64,000 bases of DNA from Epiperipatus broadwayi. Its lineage: Eukaryota; Animalia; Onychophora. The notes below the pieces were generated by a model. It made no database searches. It saw only the letters and a list, made by a program, of their open reading frames with translations, and was not told the DNA's origin. This document shows, one piece after another, positions 50,984 to 63,900 of the stretch (within the stretch, counting starts at the first letter, position 1; every line of letters begins with the position of its first letter). Position numbers and translations under genes: made by a program. Where the stretch lies: assembly GCA_028023455.1 (NCBI GenBank), contig JAQFVV010000003.1, forward strand, positions 25,110,001 to 25,174,000, given 5' to 3'.

Positions 50984-52260
50984 TATGTTTTGCAATGAAA
51001 AATTAAAGAAGTAAAAATCTAATTATAAAAAGACCAGAAATTAAAAAAAAAAAAAGAATTGAATTATTTATACTTAACATATGTTGCTACTTCATGAACA
51101 AAGTTTAGACTAAATTTGAATCCATATGTATCTTATGAATAACCAGAAAATATGCTAAAACTTTCACATACTTTACATCTGTAAGTTGTTTGTGTTTTAC
51201 AAGTGCATAATCAGCCTCAAGAAACTGCTTTAAAAACAAGTAAAACATCTACATTCCTACAATACATTGTAATTATTCACATACTATGAATCATGTGGCT
51301 TGCATGTTACTCCATTACGTTTGATAATAAAAAATTCAATATATTCAAAAGAAATGATAAAGAATGTTTAACATCTACTTTATCCAGTAACATGATGAAT
51401 GAAACATGACAGTATATATATTTTTTCAGTTGCACAATAACATAATATGGATTGGTTTACCACTTTAATAAAAAAATATTACATATTATACATAAATGTT
51501 CATGTGAAAGTTGCATAAATTACAAGATTTTAAATAGCATGGCATCTTGAAATGTTTGTATACTGTGTAAATATACATGCCATCAAAGCTATTATATTTA
51601 TTTTTTGGAGTGACATAGTTTTTGAATTATTAGTATGTAACTATTGAAAATTAAAATTATTCAGCATACATTAATGTATGTAATTTTAATCCAATAAATT
51701 TGCAAATATATTAAAGTTGTTAAATATTATTGTATTATTAATTAAATTTTATAAAGTAAACAAAAGATTTAATATAGTAGTAAAGTAGAGAAATCAACAA
51801 CTAAAGATCTCTAGATTGATTCTTAGCTGAATAAACTTTTAACAAAATCTCTAAATAGTAAATTGAATGTATGTTCTGCTAAACCTTCCATTTAGATGCT
51901 CAAATACTAATGCAACAATCTTATTATTTTTTTATTATGCATATACACACCCACACAAACTAATATTTTTATATTCATATATTACATTTTCTATTAGAGT
52001 TGATATAACAAGATATTATGAGCAAACAATAACAGTTGGTCATAGGTGATAATAATTTTGAAACACCTTCAACAAAATTTATTTCAAAATTATCATGTTT
52101 TAATAAGCCTGTACATCATTATATGTTCATCTCCATTTTATTATCTCAATATATATATCATCTCCATTTTATTATCTCAATATATATATAATGAACATGC
52201 TAATAGCTGTAAACAAGCTTTATCGATAGCATTTAAAATCTCTATCTAGAATTATCCCAT

Positions 52261-52300
52261 CCTTAAACCAGTTTCAAGCTAATGGCTTTTCTCAGTGAGG
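52261..52300 (-). ncRNA. Hammerhead motif B1 (mutated core)
   Basis: CCTCA-CTGAGAA-AAGC-CATTA-GCTT-GAAA-CTGG-TT|TAAGG. G8 is changed to A. Confidence 0.55.
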
Positions 52301-52663
52301 TACGAGGATATTCAGACACTAGGTCTAAAATACCAACTCAAAGCCAGCACTTATCTAATTAAGTAGAAAATCTGAAATTTTTAGACACCTATATGTCTTC
52401 AAATCCAGCTATCTAACTTAAATAGCTATATGGGTCTGAACACATATTTCAGCCACACCATATATTAATAGTCCTAGCAATATATTACTTAAGACTTAAA
52501 AGCAAGATTATAATAGTAAATAAAATCAAGTCATACATCACATGACTTAACTTGATAAGCTTGTATTACAAAAAATAATGAGCATGATAATAGCTCTAAG
52601 CAAGCTTTATCGATAAATGCCATAAGAGAAAGCATTTAAAATCTCTATCTAGAATTATCCCCA

Positions 52664-52702
52664 CCTTAATCCAGTTTTGAGCTAATGGCCTCCTTAATGA
52701 GG
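52664..52702 (-). ncRNA. Hammerhead motif B2 (inactivated core)
   Basis: CCTCA-TTAAGGA-GGC-CATTA-GCTC-AAAA-CTGG-AT-TAAGG. Both conserved boxes are hit by transitions. Confidence 0.45.
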
Positions 52703-53045
52703 CACTAGGATATTCAGACACTAGATCCAAATTATCAAGTTAAGGCCAGCACTTATCTGATACTTACTATTAAATAGAAAAACTGAAATTTTCAGATACC
52801 TATAAGTCTTCAAATCCAGCTATCTAGCTTAAATAGCTATATGTGCCTGAACACACTAATTGCTAAGACTATTAATATAAGGTGTGGCTGAAGTGTGTTT
52901 GACTCATATAACTGTTTAAGTTAGATAGCTGGATTTGAAGATATATAGATGTCTGAACATTTCAGATTTATACTTAATAGTTAAGTATTAGATGAATACT
53001 GGCCTTAAGTTGGTATTTTATATCTAGTTTCTGAATATCCCAGTG

Positions 53046-53086
53046 TCTCACTGATGAGAGTCATTAGCTTGAAACTGGTTTGGAGA
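53046..53086 (+). ncRNA. Hammerhead motif B3 (intact core)
   Basis: TCTCA-CTGATGA-GAGT-CATTA-GCTT-GAAA-CTGG-TT|TGGAGA. 4-bp stem II, GUU triplet, and stem I with one bulge. Confidence 0.75.
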
Positions 53087-54768
53087 TGGGACTAATTCTA
53101 GATAGATATTTTAAATGCTTTCTCTTGTGGCATTTATCAATAGAGCTTGTTTAGAGATATTAGCATGCTTATTATTTTATTTTGTAATACAAGCTTATTA
53201 AGTTAAGTCATATGATGTATGGCTTGATTTTATTTACTATTTTATATATATATAACAAAACACACCTACATAATAAAACACAGTAAATACATTGTAAATT
53301 ATTAATAGTTGAGCATATTTTTGATGCAGTACACCACATTCTTGAAATAGTTATTAAAATTTAAAGAAAAACTGATATTCGGGTCATTAAATAATGTCAT
53401 TTTTTAAATTGTTGATCGTCATGAATTTAATATAGTGCAATATAAGTACTCCATGCTTGTCTAATAATATTTTATAATATATTCACTGCATTCACATATT
53501 GATGTATATATGCTTTGTTATTTACAGATTATATAGAGTTTAATTTTTATTTTACATATAAAAATACATAATACAAATTTCAGCTTTTTAGTGTGAGTGT
53601 CTGCAACCAGTTGTGATAATCAAAATATACTCTCCTCCATTATATATATATAATAAACCAGAAATCATAGGGAGTCTCTAAAATTTTATTATTGAGAATT
53701 TTCAACAAGAAAAAAAATGTTATGTCATTTTCTATCAAATTTATAATAGAACTGGTGACCATAGTCATAAATGTTGGGTGAAAAAAAACAAAGCTGTTAA
53801 AAAGAATATTTCATACTTAGACACAATAAGTCTACTATTGATTTTAACTACTTGCTATGTCATAACTAAACATGAACTAAACATTAAATGTTTATGAATG
53901 TCAGCATGAAACTAACAAAATTTATTCCAATAATTTACAAATATTTAATTTGCTTGACATTTTTATCATTAGAAATTATGAACCATTTTTATTTTTGCTT
54001 GAAGTTCTCTACTTGTTTATTATTCCAGAAATATATATTTTTCAAATTTCACTTTCTGACTTAACTGTGATATATCAATTCTTCATTAAGCAATAAAAAT
54101 TGGATATTCTTCTGCCACATTTTAAGATTTGTAATTTGTTACATTTCATTGAAAAGCTAAAAAATGTCCAACTTTGCTGAACATACACTTCCTATATGTG
54201 GTTATGCTATAATTATTTGCCACTTTAATTCTTCAAAACAAAATATATGTAGAGATCATCTAATTAAATTGCTTTAACATAAGATGATGTTGGGTTTAAA
54301 ATGATTTAAACTGTCAGAATTCCAAGTAACTTAGTTCACATGGATTTTGATTGAGATTTCACTTTAATGGGTTGTTTATATTAAAATGTTGAATGGTACT
54401 TTATATATAATTTGGGTTGCAGCATTTGCTGATGCACATCTCACAAAATAATAAATTACTGCAATTTAATTTACAAATCTTTATCCATGACTGTGAATAG
54501 GAGTCGTGAAAAAGAAGTGTTAAATAAATATTAAACAATAAGCATTTTATTCATAAAAATATTTAGCAACCAGCATATAAGCTTTTATGAATTTTAAGAG
54601 TAATATAATAGTACTGAGCATATTAGCTGAACATTGCTCTTGCTTGTAATACTCAGTCTTAAAATCTATCATTTAAATTTAAAACAGGCAAACGTGCAAG
54701 CCAGAGTAATCAATGGATGCCAGAAGGCTTGTGCATAAAATCCCCATCTAGTGCCTACACATCCAATA

Positions 54769-54810
54769 TCCCCAGACTAGTTTCTGGCTTGTGGCCTTCA
54801 TCAGTGAGAA
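54769..54810 (-). ncRNA. Hammerhead motif, best family A copy
   Basis: TTCTCA-CTGATGA-A-GGC-CACAA-GCC-A-GAAA-CTAG-TC|TGGGGA. Confidence 0.75.
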
Positions 54811-55161
54811 GATTTGAATCTGAGAGCACTGTACCTATGTCTTAGGATCTAATGCAACCCTCCAGCAGCCATTTTATCTCTACTTAACTATAAACCTATG
54901 AGTCTCAAATTGAAAACACCATAATATTTTTCAATCCAAAATCATAAGCCTATATAGTATATAAGTCTAAACTGAGTTCAGTACCTATACATTTTGATGT
55001 ATTTGGTTCTTTAATAACCACAGCCACCACTATCCTATTAGCAGGATTAGTTTTAAACCAATAAACATTACATGATCACCATTTCTTATGCTTTCTCATA
55101 ACTGTTATTAAAACAGGCAAAACTCTCTATATGCATTGCCACTTAGTGCAATCCAGAGTAA

Positions 55162-55200
55162 TCACTGATGAAGGTCACAAGCCAGAAACTAGTCTGGGAA
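55162..55200 (+). ncRNA. Hammerhead motif at the inversion junction of A3 (stem I shortened to 3 bp)
   Basis: TCA-CTGATGA-A-GGT-CACAA-GCC-A-GAAA-CTAG-TC|TGGGAA. Confidence 0.65.
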
Positions 55201-56339
55201 TATTGGATGAGTAGGCACTAGATTGGGGATTTTATGCACAAGCCTTCTGGCATCCATTGATTACTCTGGGTTGCACTAAGTGGCAATATGTATAGAGTTT
55301 TGCCTGTTTTAATACCAGTTATGAGCAAGCATAAGAAATGACGATCATGTGACATTTATTGACTTAAATTTGAACACTGACATATTCAAATATGTACCAC
55401 TTACTAACCAAGCTCATATAAACTTGAACACATATTTGTTTAAGCATCTTGGTTCTATGCTTAGAGTGACTATTGATATATATTAGAATTCATTTACTCA
55501 TATTCAAATTTTTTATGATTCATTTTTATCAATAAAGATTTTTGTATACACATTTTAAAGCTTTTTGATTTTATATAAAAAAAAAAAAAAAAGGTAAAAA
55601 TATTTATTCTGTAGTTTGCAAACATTTTAAAAGGTGTTTTATTTACTTAAGTTAAAAATATTACTTGATTATTATATTTATATTGTTAAATTATGTTAAG
55701 TCGAATAAGAATAAGACTTTTTATATAATATATAGCAAAATTTTGAACCATCATTTTTTCAAGGGATCAGATAAATCGTTAAAAGTTATAAACAATTTAA
55801 TAATTTCTTACTAAAATACATGTTAAGTACAACTCAGATTTTATGATTCAAAACATTTTTATCTATTATTTGTAAAGTGTGTGTGTTTATATATCTATGT
55901 GTGTGTAATTTTAATATCTCTGTAGTCAAATGATTTACTGCTTAGGGATTATTAAAAAGTTTGAGCACCAGAAATGACAGGACTGAAGGACTTTGATTTC
56001 CAGAGTTTGCCATTTTACTCTGCATTCTTCAGCAGTAATAATTACGGATTATAAATTGTTCAATAAATACAGTTGATAAGGTATTTATATAGTTTTTATA
56101 TTTACTTCCCATAACAATTTTGATTTTAAAGTTACAAAAAACAAAATTCTATGTGTAAACATAATTAAAATCATGGTTTAAGATTTATCAATTTTATGAA
56201 AATTTAATTTTATTGTAAAAATTCTTTGATATTTGAGAAAATGTTTACTTTTGCCAGCATTTCATGAGGCTTAACAAAATTCACCACAACTTCAAATTTA
56301 CCATATTTTTCTTCTTTTATTTAATAAAGTAAATACTGA

Positions 56340-57950
56340 ATTGTAATAAGAACAAAACATTAACAGGAATAAAATATAATGAACCGCTTGACTCACGTAA
56401 TTTTTACAACGAATATAACTTAAAAGTGGGTGCTTATAAATTAACAAGGTGCCAATTCACAATTAAATGCACCCAGATTAAAGGAATTCAAAAATCTTTT
56501 GCATAACAGCATGATACTTTGCCTATTAAAACACTTTCATGAGATAAATACAGAGAAATAATATAGCAAAATAGAAAAAAAATGGAGTTCTTAAAGATTT
56601 GAATATAGGTACAATTTTTTTAAAAATTGTAATAGCTAAGATTTCCAAGTAAACAGAGCTATTTTTGTAAGCTGTCAATTCTTAGCTAACAAGCTTACTG
56701 GTATGACGTATGGAAAAAAAAGTCAGCTATATACTTTTTGCTCAGTAAATGGGCATCTTTTCATTTTCGGCTAAAGAGTAAAACAAAATTAGAATGAGAA
56801 CCACTGTTCTTCAGTGAAGAATTCTGGAGAAATTTTACCTCTGATTAAGAATGTTTTACTTACATTATTTATATCATTATTTTTTCTTTTATACATATGT
56901 TTACAGAAAACGATATTTGTAAATTTATTTCTAAATACGCAATTCGTATACAATATATAGAATCTTATTATTGCAAAAAAAAAATTCACAGTAACAAAGA
57001 AGTTTAACAGGAATTTCCAATACAATCATTTCTTCATTAATAAATATTTCTATCATTATCCCTCCCTCCATCCAGTAGCTTTATTTTTCTCCTGAGGATT
57101 GTGCTAATTGGCAAAATCACTACTAGATACAAACACCTTTTCAGTCACACCCTAAACAGCATTATCTGTAACTGAGAATATCTCAGTACCATGCTTATAA
57201 AATTCAAGAGTAAAATTAACGAAGCAGTTAAAGAAATTCCCAGGATATCAGTGTCAAAGCAAAGATTATTATGATCTTAGTGATAGAGAAACTACATTAG
57301 TTTTAAATAGTATAACTCTTTATTAAGCTTTTGATGCTAAATATTTAAAAGAAGAAAAAAATTATTCAGGTGAGGGTGTCAAATAACTTTTAATGATCGA
57401 CTATTATTGCTTGCTTGGCTTAGAATTGACCTTTATTGCGTTGAATTCCAAGAGTTTCTTTAACAAATTTCAACTGGTTGTAATGATTAAAGAATCGGAT
57501 AAAGCCGCGTGTATATACAGTAGAAATATAAAAATTGAAGTTAAAATTTGAAGTTAAAATTTTGTGGTGATAGTTAAAAGATTTTTTATAAGTCACTGCT
57601 TTTACTGAAAGTCATTTTTAAAAGTAATAAAACCTGATTTCCAATACTTCCCTTCTCAACATTTGGGTACAAATTATTGTTTGTTTAACATTCTATCGCC
57701 TTGATTGACACGTATTTCTTTAGCAAAGTCCATGCAATAGGTATTGTAATTAAATAACGACATAAATCTCCTCTTTTTTAAATATCTTGGGGATCTCTCC
57801 ACCTGCTTATTAATTTTATTCTTGAACTTTATATATATAAATAATACAGTTGAGAGGGTGACTGACAAAATGTTTTGGACTGATAATGTTTCATAGAAAA
57901 GTGTTTCCATTACTAGTCAAATAACACGAGATTATATTTAAACAGGCTGA
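56340..57950. promoter_or_regulatory. Second CpG-retaining island
   Basis: Cluster of CG dinucleotides against a depleted background. Plus-strand donor CAG|GTGAGG at 57368/57369 and a minus-strand 78-codon ORF (57674-57910) with a hydrophobic N-terminus. Confidence 0.4.
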
Positions 57951-58479
57951 ATTCTGACATTTTTTCAAACAGGTTCATGATTTTTAATTTGGATAGTTAG
58001 TGTATAAGCAATGTATTTAAATCCAGTATTATATGTAAAGAGTAAAAGTTCCACATTAATTACAATTGCTTGGATTCATAAATTGAAAACAAAAAATATG
58101 ATTATTAATGCAGAGTTCACTACTAGTGTGAGGAGTATCCTCTTCTTATCAGAGCTGAGCCTTAGCGTTATCAGATTACTTAGGGTTTGATAATGCATGC
58201 TTTTATCTTAATAGATTTTAATCATATAATTTATATATTTAGAAGTTATTATTATCTGCAATCATACATTCCAACTCCAAGGGGAAAATATACAAAGATA
58301 ATGAAATAATAACAACAATAATAGTATAAAAGAGCTGAGTTTTGCAATGATTAAAAATGAATTTTGCAATTACTGTACAAACTAATTCCTAAATCACAAA
58401 AATAAGCATGCACATGCTAGCCTAATTATTCTATTTATTTGATTTTTGTGATGCTGTCTTTAAACTTTTCTGCAGCAAC

Positions 58480-59180
58480 TCTTTTTAATGAAATATTTCA
58501 ATATCTTGTCTAATTTCCAGCCTTCATCGTATTCTGTCCTTAGTCATATCTTCCCAATGAAAGTCTTTACATATTGCACATTTTAAAGAGTGTCTCTTAA
58601 ATAATCTTTTATGATGTAAATGAAATCTACCTTAATCTTGTATTATTTGGTGGTTTCACAGATCCAATCTAATAAAGATGCAATTTTGCAATAGCAGATA
58701 TTGCATCCAGAAATCTAAAAAATAAAATGGTTTCATTTTATGATTTTGCTAATTTAACTAAGCATCTTAAACTAATCATATGACATTTTCATACAATAAT
58801 TTGGATAAAATAACAGCTCTGTACATAACTAATTTACTTGCTTGGTACTTTGCTATGATTAACCTATCTTTTAATTTGATAAAAGCAGCAGCAGTAGTCT
58901 ATGCTGCACCAATCAAATTAACTGACTTTTATTAATCAATAAATAGATATCTATTTATTCTTAGCTGGAAAATAAAGCTTCCAGAAGAGTGAGGGTTTAT
59001 TACAAAAATGTGATTGCATTAACCAATATTAACAATAAATAACTATATGGCAATAGTTTTCTGAAAAATAAAAGTCACAGGATATTATGTTTAAGTGAAA
59101 TAATATAGTACAATTTTCAATACTGATGAGGGCAATGAAATACATCTTCAACAGATGAGTCATTTCATTTTTAAAAAAAA
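58480..59180 (-). mobile_element. RTE (BovB-like) LINE 3' fragment
   Basis: Frames read AFIKLKDR...KLVMYRAVILSKLLYE and KRLFKRHSLKCAIC..WEDMTKDRIR*R, typical of the RTE-BovB C-terminal region. Confidence 0.7.
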
Positions 59181-60668
59181 AAAATGTGTAGTAGCATATA
59201 GAGGAAGTTATTAAATTGATCTAGACTGCCTTATTATTGAATTTTTTTTTCAAGCATTTTTGTGATGAACGGCACAAATATTTCTCAGAGTATAAAATCA
59301 TTGTGTGATAAAACTACGATAATTGAGGCATATTTTTGAAAAACAATAGCATATAAAATGATAACCACCCAAGCTAAAATTTACTGAAGGTTGTTTTCTC
59401 TCTCACTGGTTGATACAGGATTTGAGTTTGTTTAATATTAAATAATAATCAAGATTTTATCCGCTGTATTCAAATCATTACAGACATTCTGTAGATTATT
59501 TTTTTCAAGTGACAAGGGTAACATATCATCATTACTGTAAATCTAGAAACAAAGAGGATGACATTTTAGTTTTTACTTTTAATGGAGTCAAATTAAAACT
59601 TCATCATCAAACTAATATTTAAAAGTATAATAAAAACATCAATAAATTCCAAAATTTAGACTTTTCAAAAATAAAAATAATGCTACTTTTACAATATTAA
59701 TCTTTAGCTGTTTGTATTTTTTTTGAAGACTCCTAGATTAAATTTCCAACTTTTTATGTGATTAAATTTACCTTTAAATCTTTATTATATTTTCAGAAAT
59801 TTCAAATTATTTATTAGAAACTTATGTTTACAACAAAAATCACTCTCACAAATATTGTTTACACTTTGCAAATATACAAAATAATATATTACTCTGAAAT
59901 ATGTAATAAGATTGAATAAAAACAGTAACTTTTTCCTTATTGGTTATTGTATCACTGATAAAATATTAACTTAAAAAAATCAGATGTGTTCTAATTCATT
60001 TTTCAAAACCTAAATAAATTATTGTATATACTACTTAAAGCTAATGAAATTCTGTTTAAAATTTTAAATTTACTTATATTTTTTACAAAATAAAAAAAAA
60101 ATCCGCTGAGGGAAATACGAAAGCATACTTTTTCAGCCAATTATAAATTGTTAGATATATGTTATTGATTTCTCTTGACATTTCTTCTAAAAGTAAATGT
60201 TTTCAAATAAAACATTAATATAATCACATTATTCTTCTAAAATAATAAATATTACACAAATATTTTTTTTTTAAAAAAAGTCATAAATATGTAAGCAAAC
60301 TACAGAAAATATACATTTTCAAAAGTGAAACAAAAAAATGAATATGCTCAAAAGTTCTGAAATGTGTCCTCATGTACAAAAAATAAAAAATCAATGATAT
60401 TATAGATGGCAAATTGACTTGTTTGTTATAAGTTTATCTGTATAATACTAATATCTTGAAATTTTAAAAAATATATTAATAAGTCAATATTATTTTACTT
60501 TCAGTTTTTGCCATCTAATAAACACAAAATCAGCAAAAAATGCTAAAAATAGCCACAGAAAATTAAAAACAAAGAACAGTATTCCCATCAGTGATGATAT
60601 TATATTATATTTAAAAAAAAAAAAAAAGAAATTATTTCACACTCAGCTGCCTACTATATATATATATA

Positions 60669-60925
60669 CAATTTTAATGCACAAATCAGCGCATAACAGC
60701 AGAGCTTCTTCAAATTAAATCACAATTTACATATATCTGCATATATTTACACATAGCAACCTTGTTACGCTTACTCTTTGTTACCCATGATTATCAGAGC
60801 TAAGTTCTCTTGAAAGCGCTCGGGCATTATTTATTATGTATTATAATTTATATTAAGTTTATAATAAATTGTGATTTAATTTGAAGAAGCTCTGCTGTTA
60901 TGCACTGATTTGTGCATTAAAATTG
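60669..60925. mobile_element. MITE-like foldback with 61-bp TIRs inserted in (TA)n
   Basis: 60669-60729 is the reverse complement of 60865-60925 with one CpG-type mismatch. TA flanks both sides. Confidence 0.8.
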
Positions 60926-63900
60926 TATATATTATATTTAGTATTTGAAAAAGATTAAGATAGAACTCTATAATATGGTCTCTGATGTTATAGGATTGAT
61001 GGTTATTTTTATATTTTAGTGAACTAATTCTATTTATAAAAAATCAAATTAAAAAAGTCACTATAAAAATTGTTAGATTGTATCACTGGATTACATAAAA
61101 TATTATTCCTGACAACAATATTTATGTATTTGGAGACTCAGATCAAATAGTCACATTGGGGTTATGTAACATTCAAGCAATAGGTGACTAATTATCCCAA
61201 TATTTTTTAATTACAAAAGTTGCATTTTATTTTACTTAACTATCAACTGATCAGGATTAGCTCTTAAGTGTTCCACTCTACCAAGCAGTACCAGAGAATA
61301 TTTTTGAATTAATGATTATAACAGTGCTATATTATCCATTGTTTTCTAACATATACATTAACTATTTCACTTTTATCACATAGTTATTTTGTATACTTAA
61401 AATCTTACATAGTCACCACAAAAATGCTACAAAACCATTTAATAACATGTTGTAATTTAGTAGTTACAAATTCACTAATTTTAGAGTGCTGCTATTAATT
61501 CAGACTTTTTTCTCTGTTTTGTGATTATCTATATATTAGTTTGCCAATTTGCATTTTATTTGGATACAGAAATCAGAATTAAAATTATTAATTTTTTTTT
61601 AAAAATCTGAAAAAACAAGTATCATACAGATCTCATACAAATATTACTTCAATATGAATCTTGAAGCAAGTAACCAAATGGCCTTATTGGTTGTATCATA
61701 ATAGAAAAAAATCATCATCACTGATTGGTAGATTATTTTCCCCAGAATTTTCACCTTCGTTCTTTTAGTATTTTCAAAAATATTTTTGCAATTTTAAATA
61801 ATTTTTCTACATATTTAAGCTTATTTATGCAAGATATTTGTAAAATAATTATTTTAAACCAAAAAAACTATGTGATTATATTTAGATTTTATTTGAAAAT
61901 GTTTGCTTTTAATAAAACAAGTTGAAATACAATAAAGCAGAAGAGAACAAGAATTGCTTTCATGAATTCCAATGAAGAAATTTTTTGTGATATTTTAATA
62001 AATTTAATTTTGAATTTTAAGACATATTTTCATTCTTTTATTATATCTCAATTATTTCATTTTAAAAATGAAGTTTATAAGAAATATTTCATTCAATAAT
62101 TTTTATGAATAGGCAAGATTATGATCCCATATAAAAAAAGCAAAACATGACCAAAATTGAAACTAGAGTTTTTGAAATAAAAGTGGGAGTAGTGAGGCCT
62201 TAAAATGACTCATTAAATCATAATATAATCTGGAAAAATGTATAATCTTCTCTATGAGTATAGACTTTTTAAAAAAAATTGAAATGACTCATCTCTTGTA
62301 GATGTATTTCATTCTATGGTTAGTTCATAAATATCTTGTTACTCATATTACCATGTGACCTTTACTCTCCACAATTTATATCCATATATTCATTTATGTT
62401 AATAAATATTTGAGAATATATTGACATTTATGTGACCAATAGAGATTATTCTGGAATCTTTATTTTTCAATCAAGAACAAATAGATGTAAGAATAAGCAG
62501 ATGTCTATTTATTGATTAATAATGAACAGTTATTTGGATTGACTACTAGTGAACTAACCTGAAAAAATTGTGAGATTATGAAAATTTTTCATCTATCTAA
62601 AAAAATTTCTGAACTCCATCCAGTTCATTTGAATCCCAGGTCGTGGGAATAGTATGGAATACATTGAATGCAACATTATGAGATTTTGCATATATTACCA
62701 AGAAGCAACTAAGAATAATTGCAATATTTATTGTATTACCAGTTGCTCAGAAGTGAAGTGATGTTTATGCATCACATTATAACCCAAAGCAAAATATATG
62801 CATTATTAATTAACCAAATTGACCTTTTTTAACTTTTTACTCATTTATAAACCAATATAGCAAGTCTACTTTTTTGAAGACTTCTGTTATAAGCCATTAA
62901 ATAAAGTGTTTATGACTCTAAGAACTTTTTATCCTTTTCCTTTTTTTAAAAAAAAACTCATTTTGCTTCTGTATGGCAAACTCACAAAATTTTACTCTCA
63001 AATAATGGACTCATCCAAACTAAGTTTTCAAGATTAGAATAAATGATGAATATAGCTGGCCAATAAAATAACAGTAAAACTAAATAAATAGCCAATAGCA
63101 TAAAAAGACCATGTGGAAAATAAAATGATTGAATCTGATTGTTCCCAGTAAGCATAGGTATCTCATTATACACTCATATTCATTTGAAAAGGGTAAGGCA
63201 GACAACTTCAGACAACTGTCTGTCACTAGAGAACAGTAACTGCATTGGCTATTATATGGCGAAATGCAATGAGGCATGTTCAAGTCTTGAGGAGAAATCT
63301 ACTAACTATTGACAATATCCTAGCTGCATATGAGGCAAGCCACCTGAAGGGTCAAAGTGTCATGATTCAAAAGAGCAATTGCCAACTATAACAGAGATAA
63401 AACTCTGTATTATAAATAGTGTTTATATATTTTCCTATTGTAAATACTTTAAATAAAAATTTTAACATTTAGTTCCTTAATTATGTGTTACTATTGAATG
63501 AAACATTATTCTGGACAAAGTAGATATAAACACAACACTATCCATTTTCCAAAACCTTGCAGTGGAAGAGTGACAGATTCAAGAGTTAAACATTCTTAGA
63601 TATAAATTAGTCCAATCACTTCCAATGCTCAAACATTATATGACATAATGCACATTGACACATTCGATTGCCTCTGCCTTATGTAGTTTAATGCAATATT
63701 CTATGATAATAATGAACTCAAGAGCTACATATCTCTAGATCACAGCTGAATTTGGGTCAAGTGATAGAATGATGGACTCAGAATTAAAGATTTATGGTCA
63801 CAGCTTGTCTCTGTCACTTTTGATATTCAAATATTATATGAAGTACTGTGTGACAAATCACATAATTACTTCTGTATTGTGTAGTTTAGTGCATTGATAA

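Larger units (their letters stand above)
52188..53241 (-). mobile_element. Non-autonomous Penelope-like/retrozyme element, family B (tandem units of about 403 bp plus an inverted copy)
   Basis: 52188-52470 recurs at 52575-52856, and 52858-53241 is an inverted copy. Each of the three copies contains a hammerhead motif. No similarity to family A outside the ribozyme core. Confidence 0.8.
54679..55366 (-). mobile_element. Family A locus A3 (minus-strand partial tandem plus a plus-strand inverted copy)
   Basis: 54679-55164 is the reverse complement of the A1 unit. 55165-55366 is an inverted copy, and 55054-55164 pairs with about 55257-55366. Confidence 0.85.

Noticed and set aside
59118-59150. 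CTGATGAGGGCAATGAAA hammerhead-like string
   Set aside because: Neither stem I nor stem II pairs, and it is the antisense of RTE coding sequence.
62982-63283. Hydrophobic minus-strand ORFs ending near a GTGAGT donor
   Set aside because: No good acceptor and no recognisable family. Hydrophobic ORFs are expected by chance in T-rich sequence.
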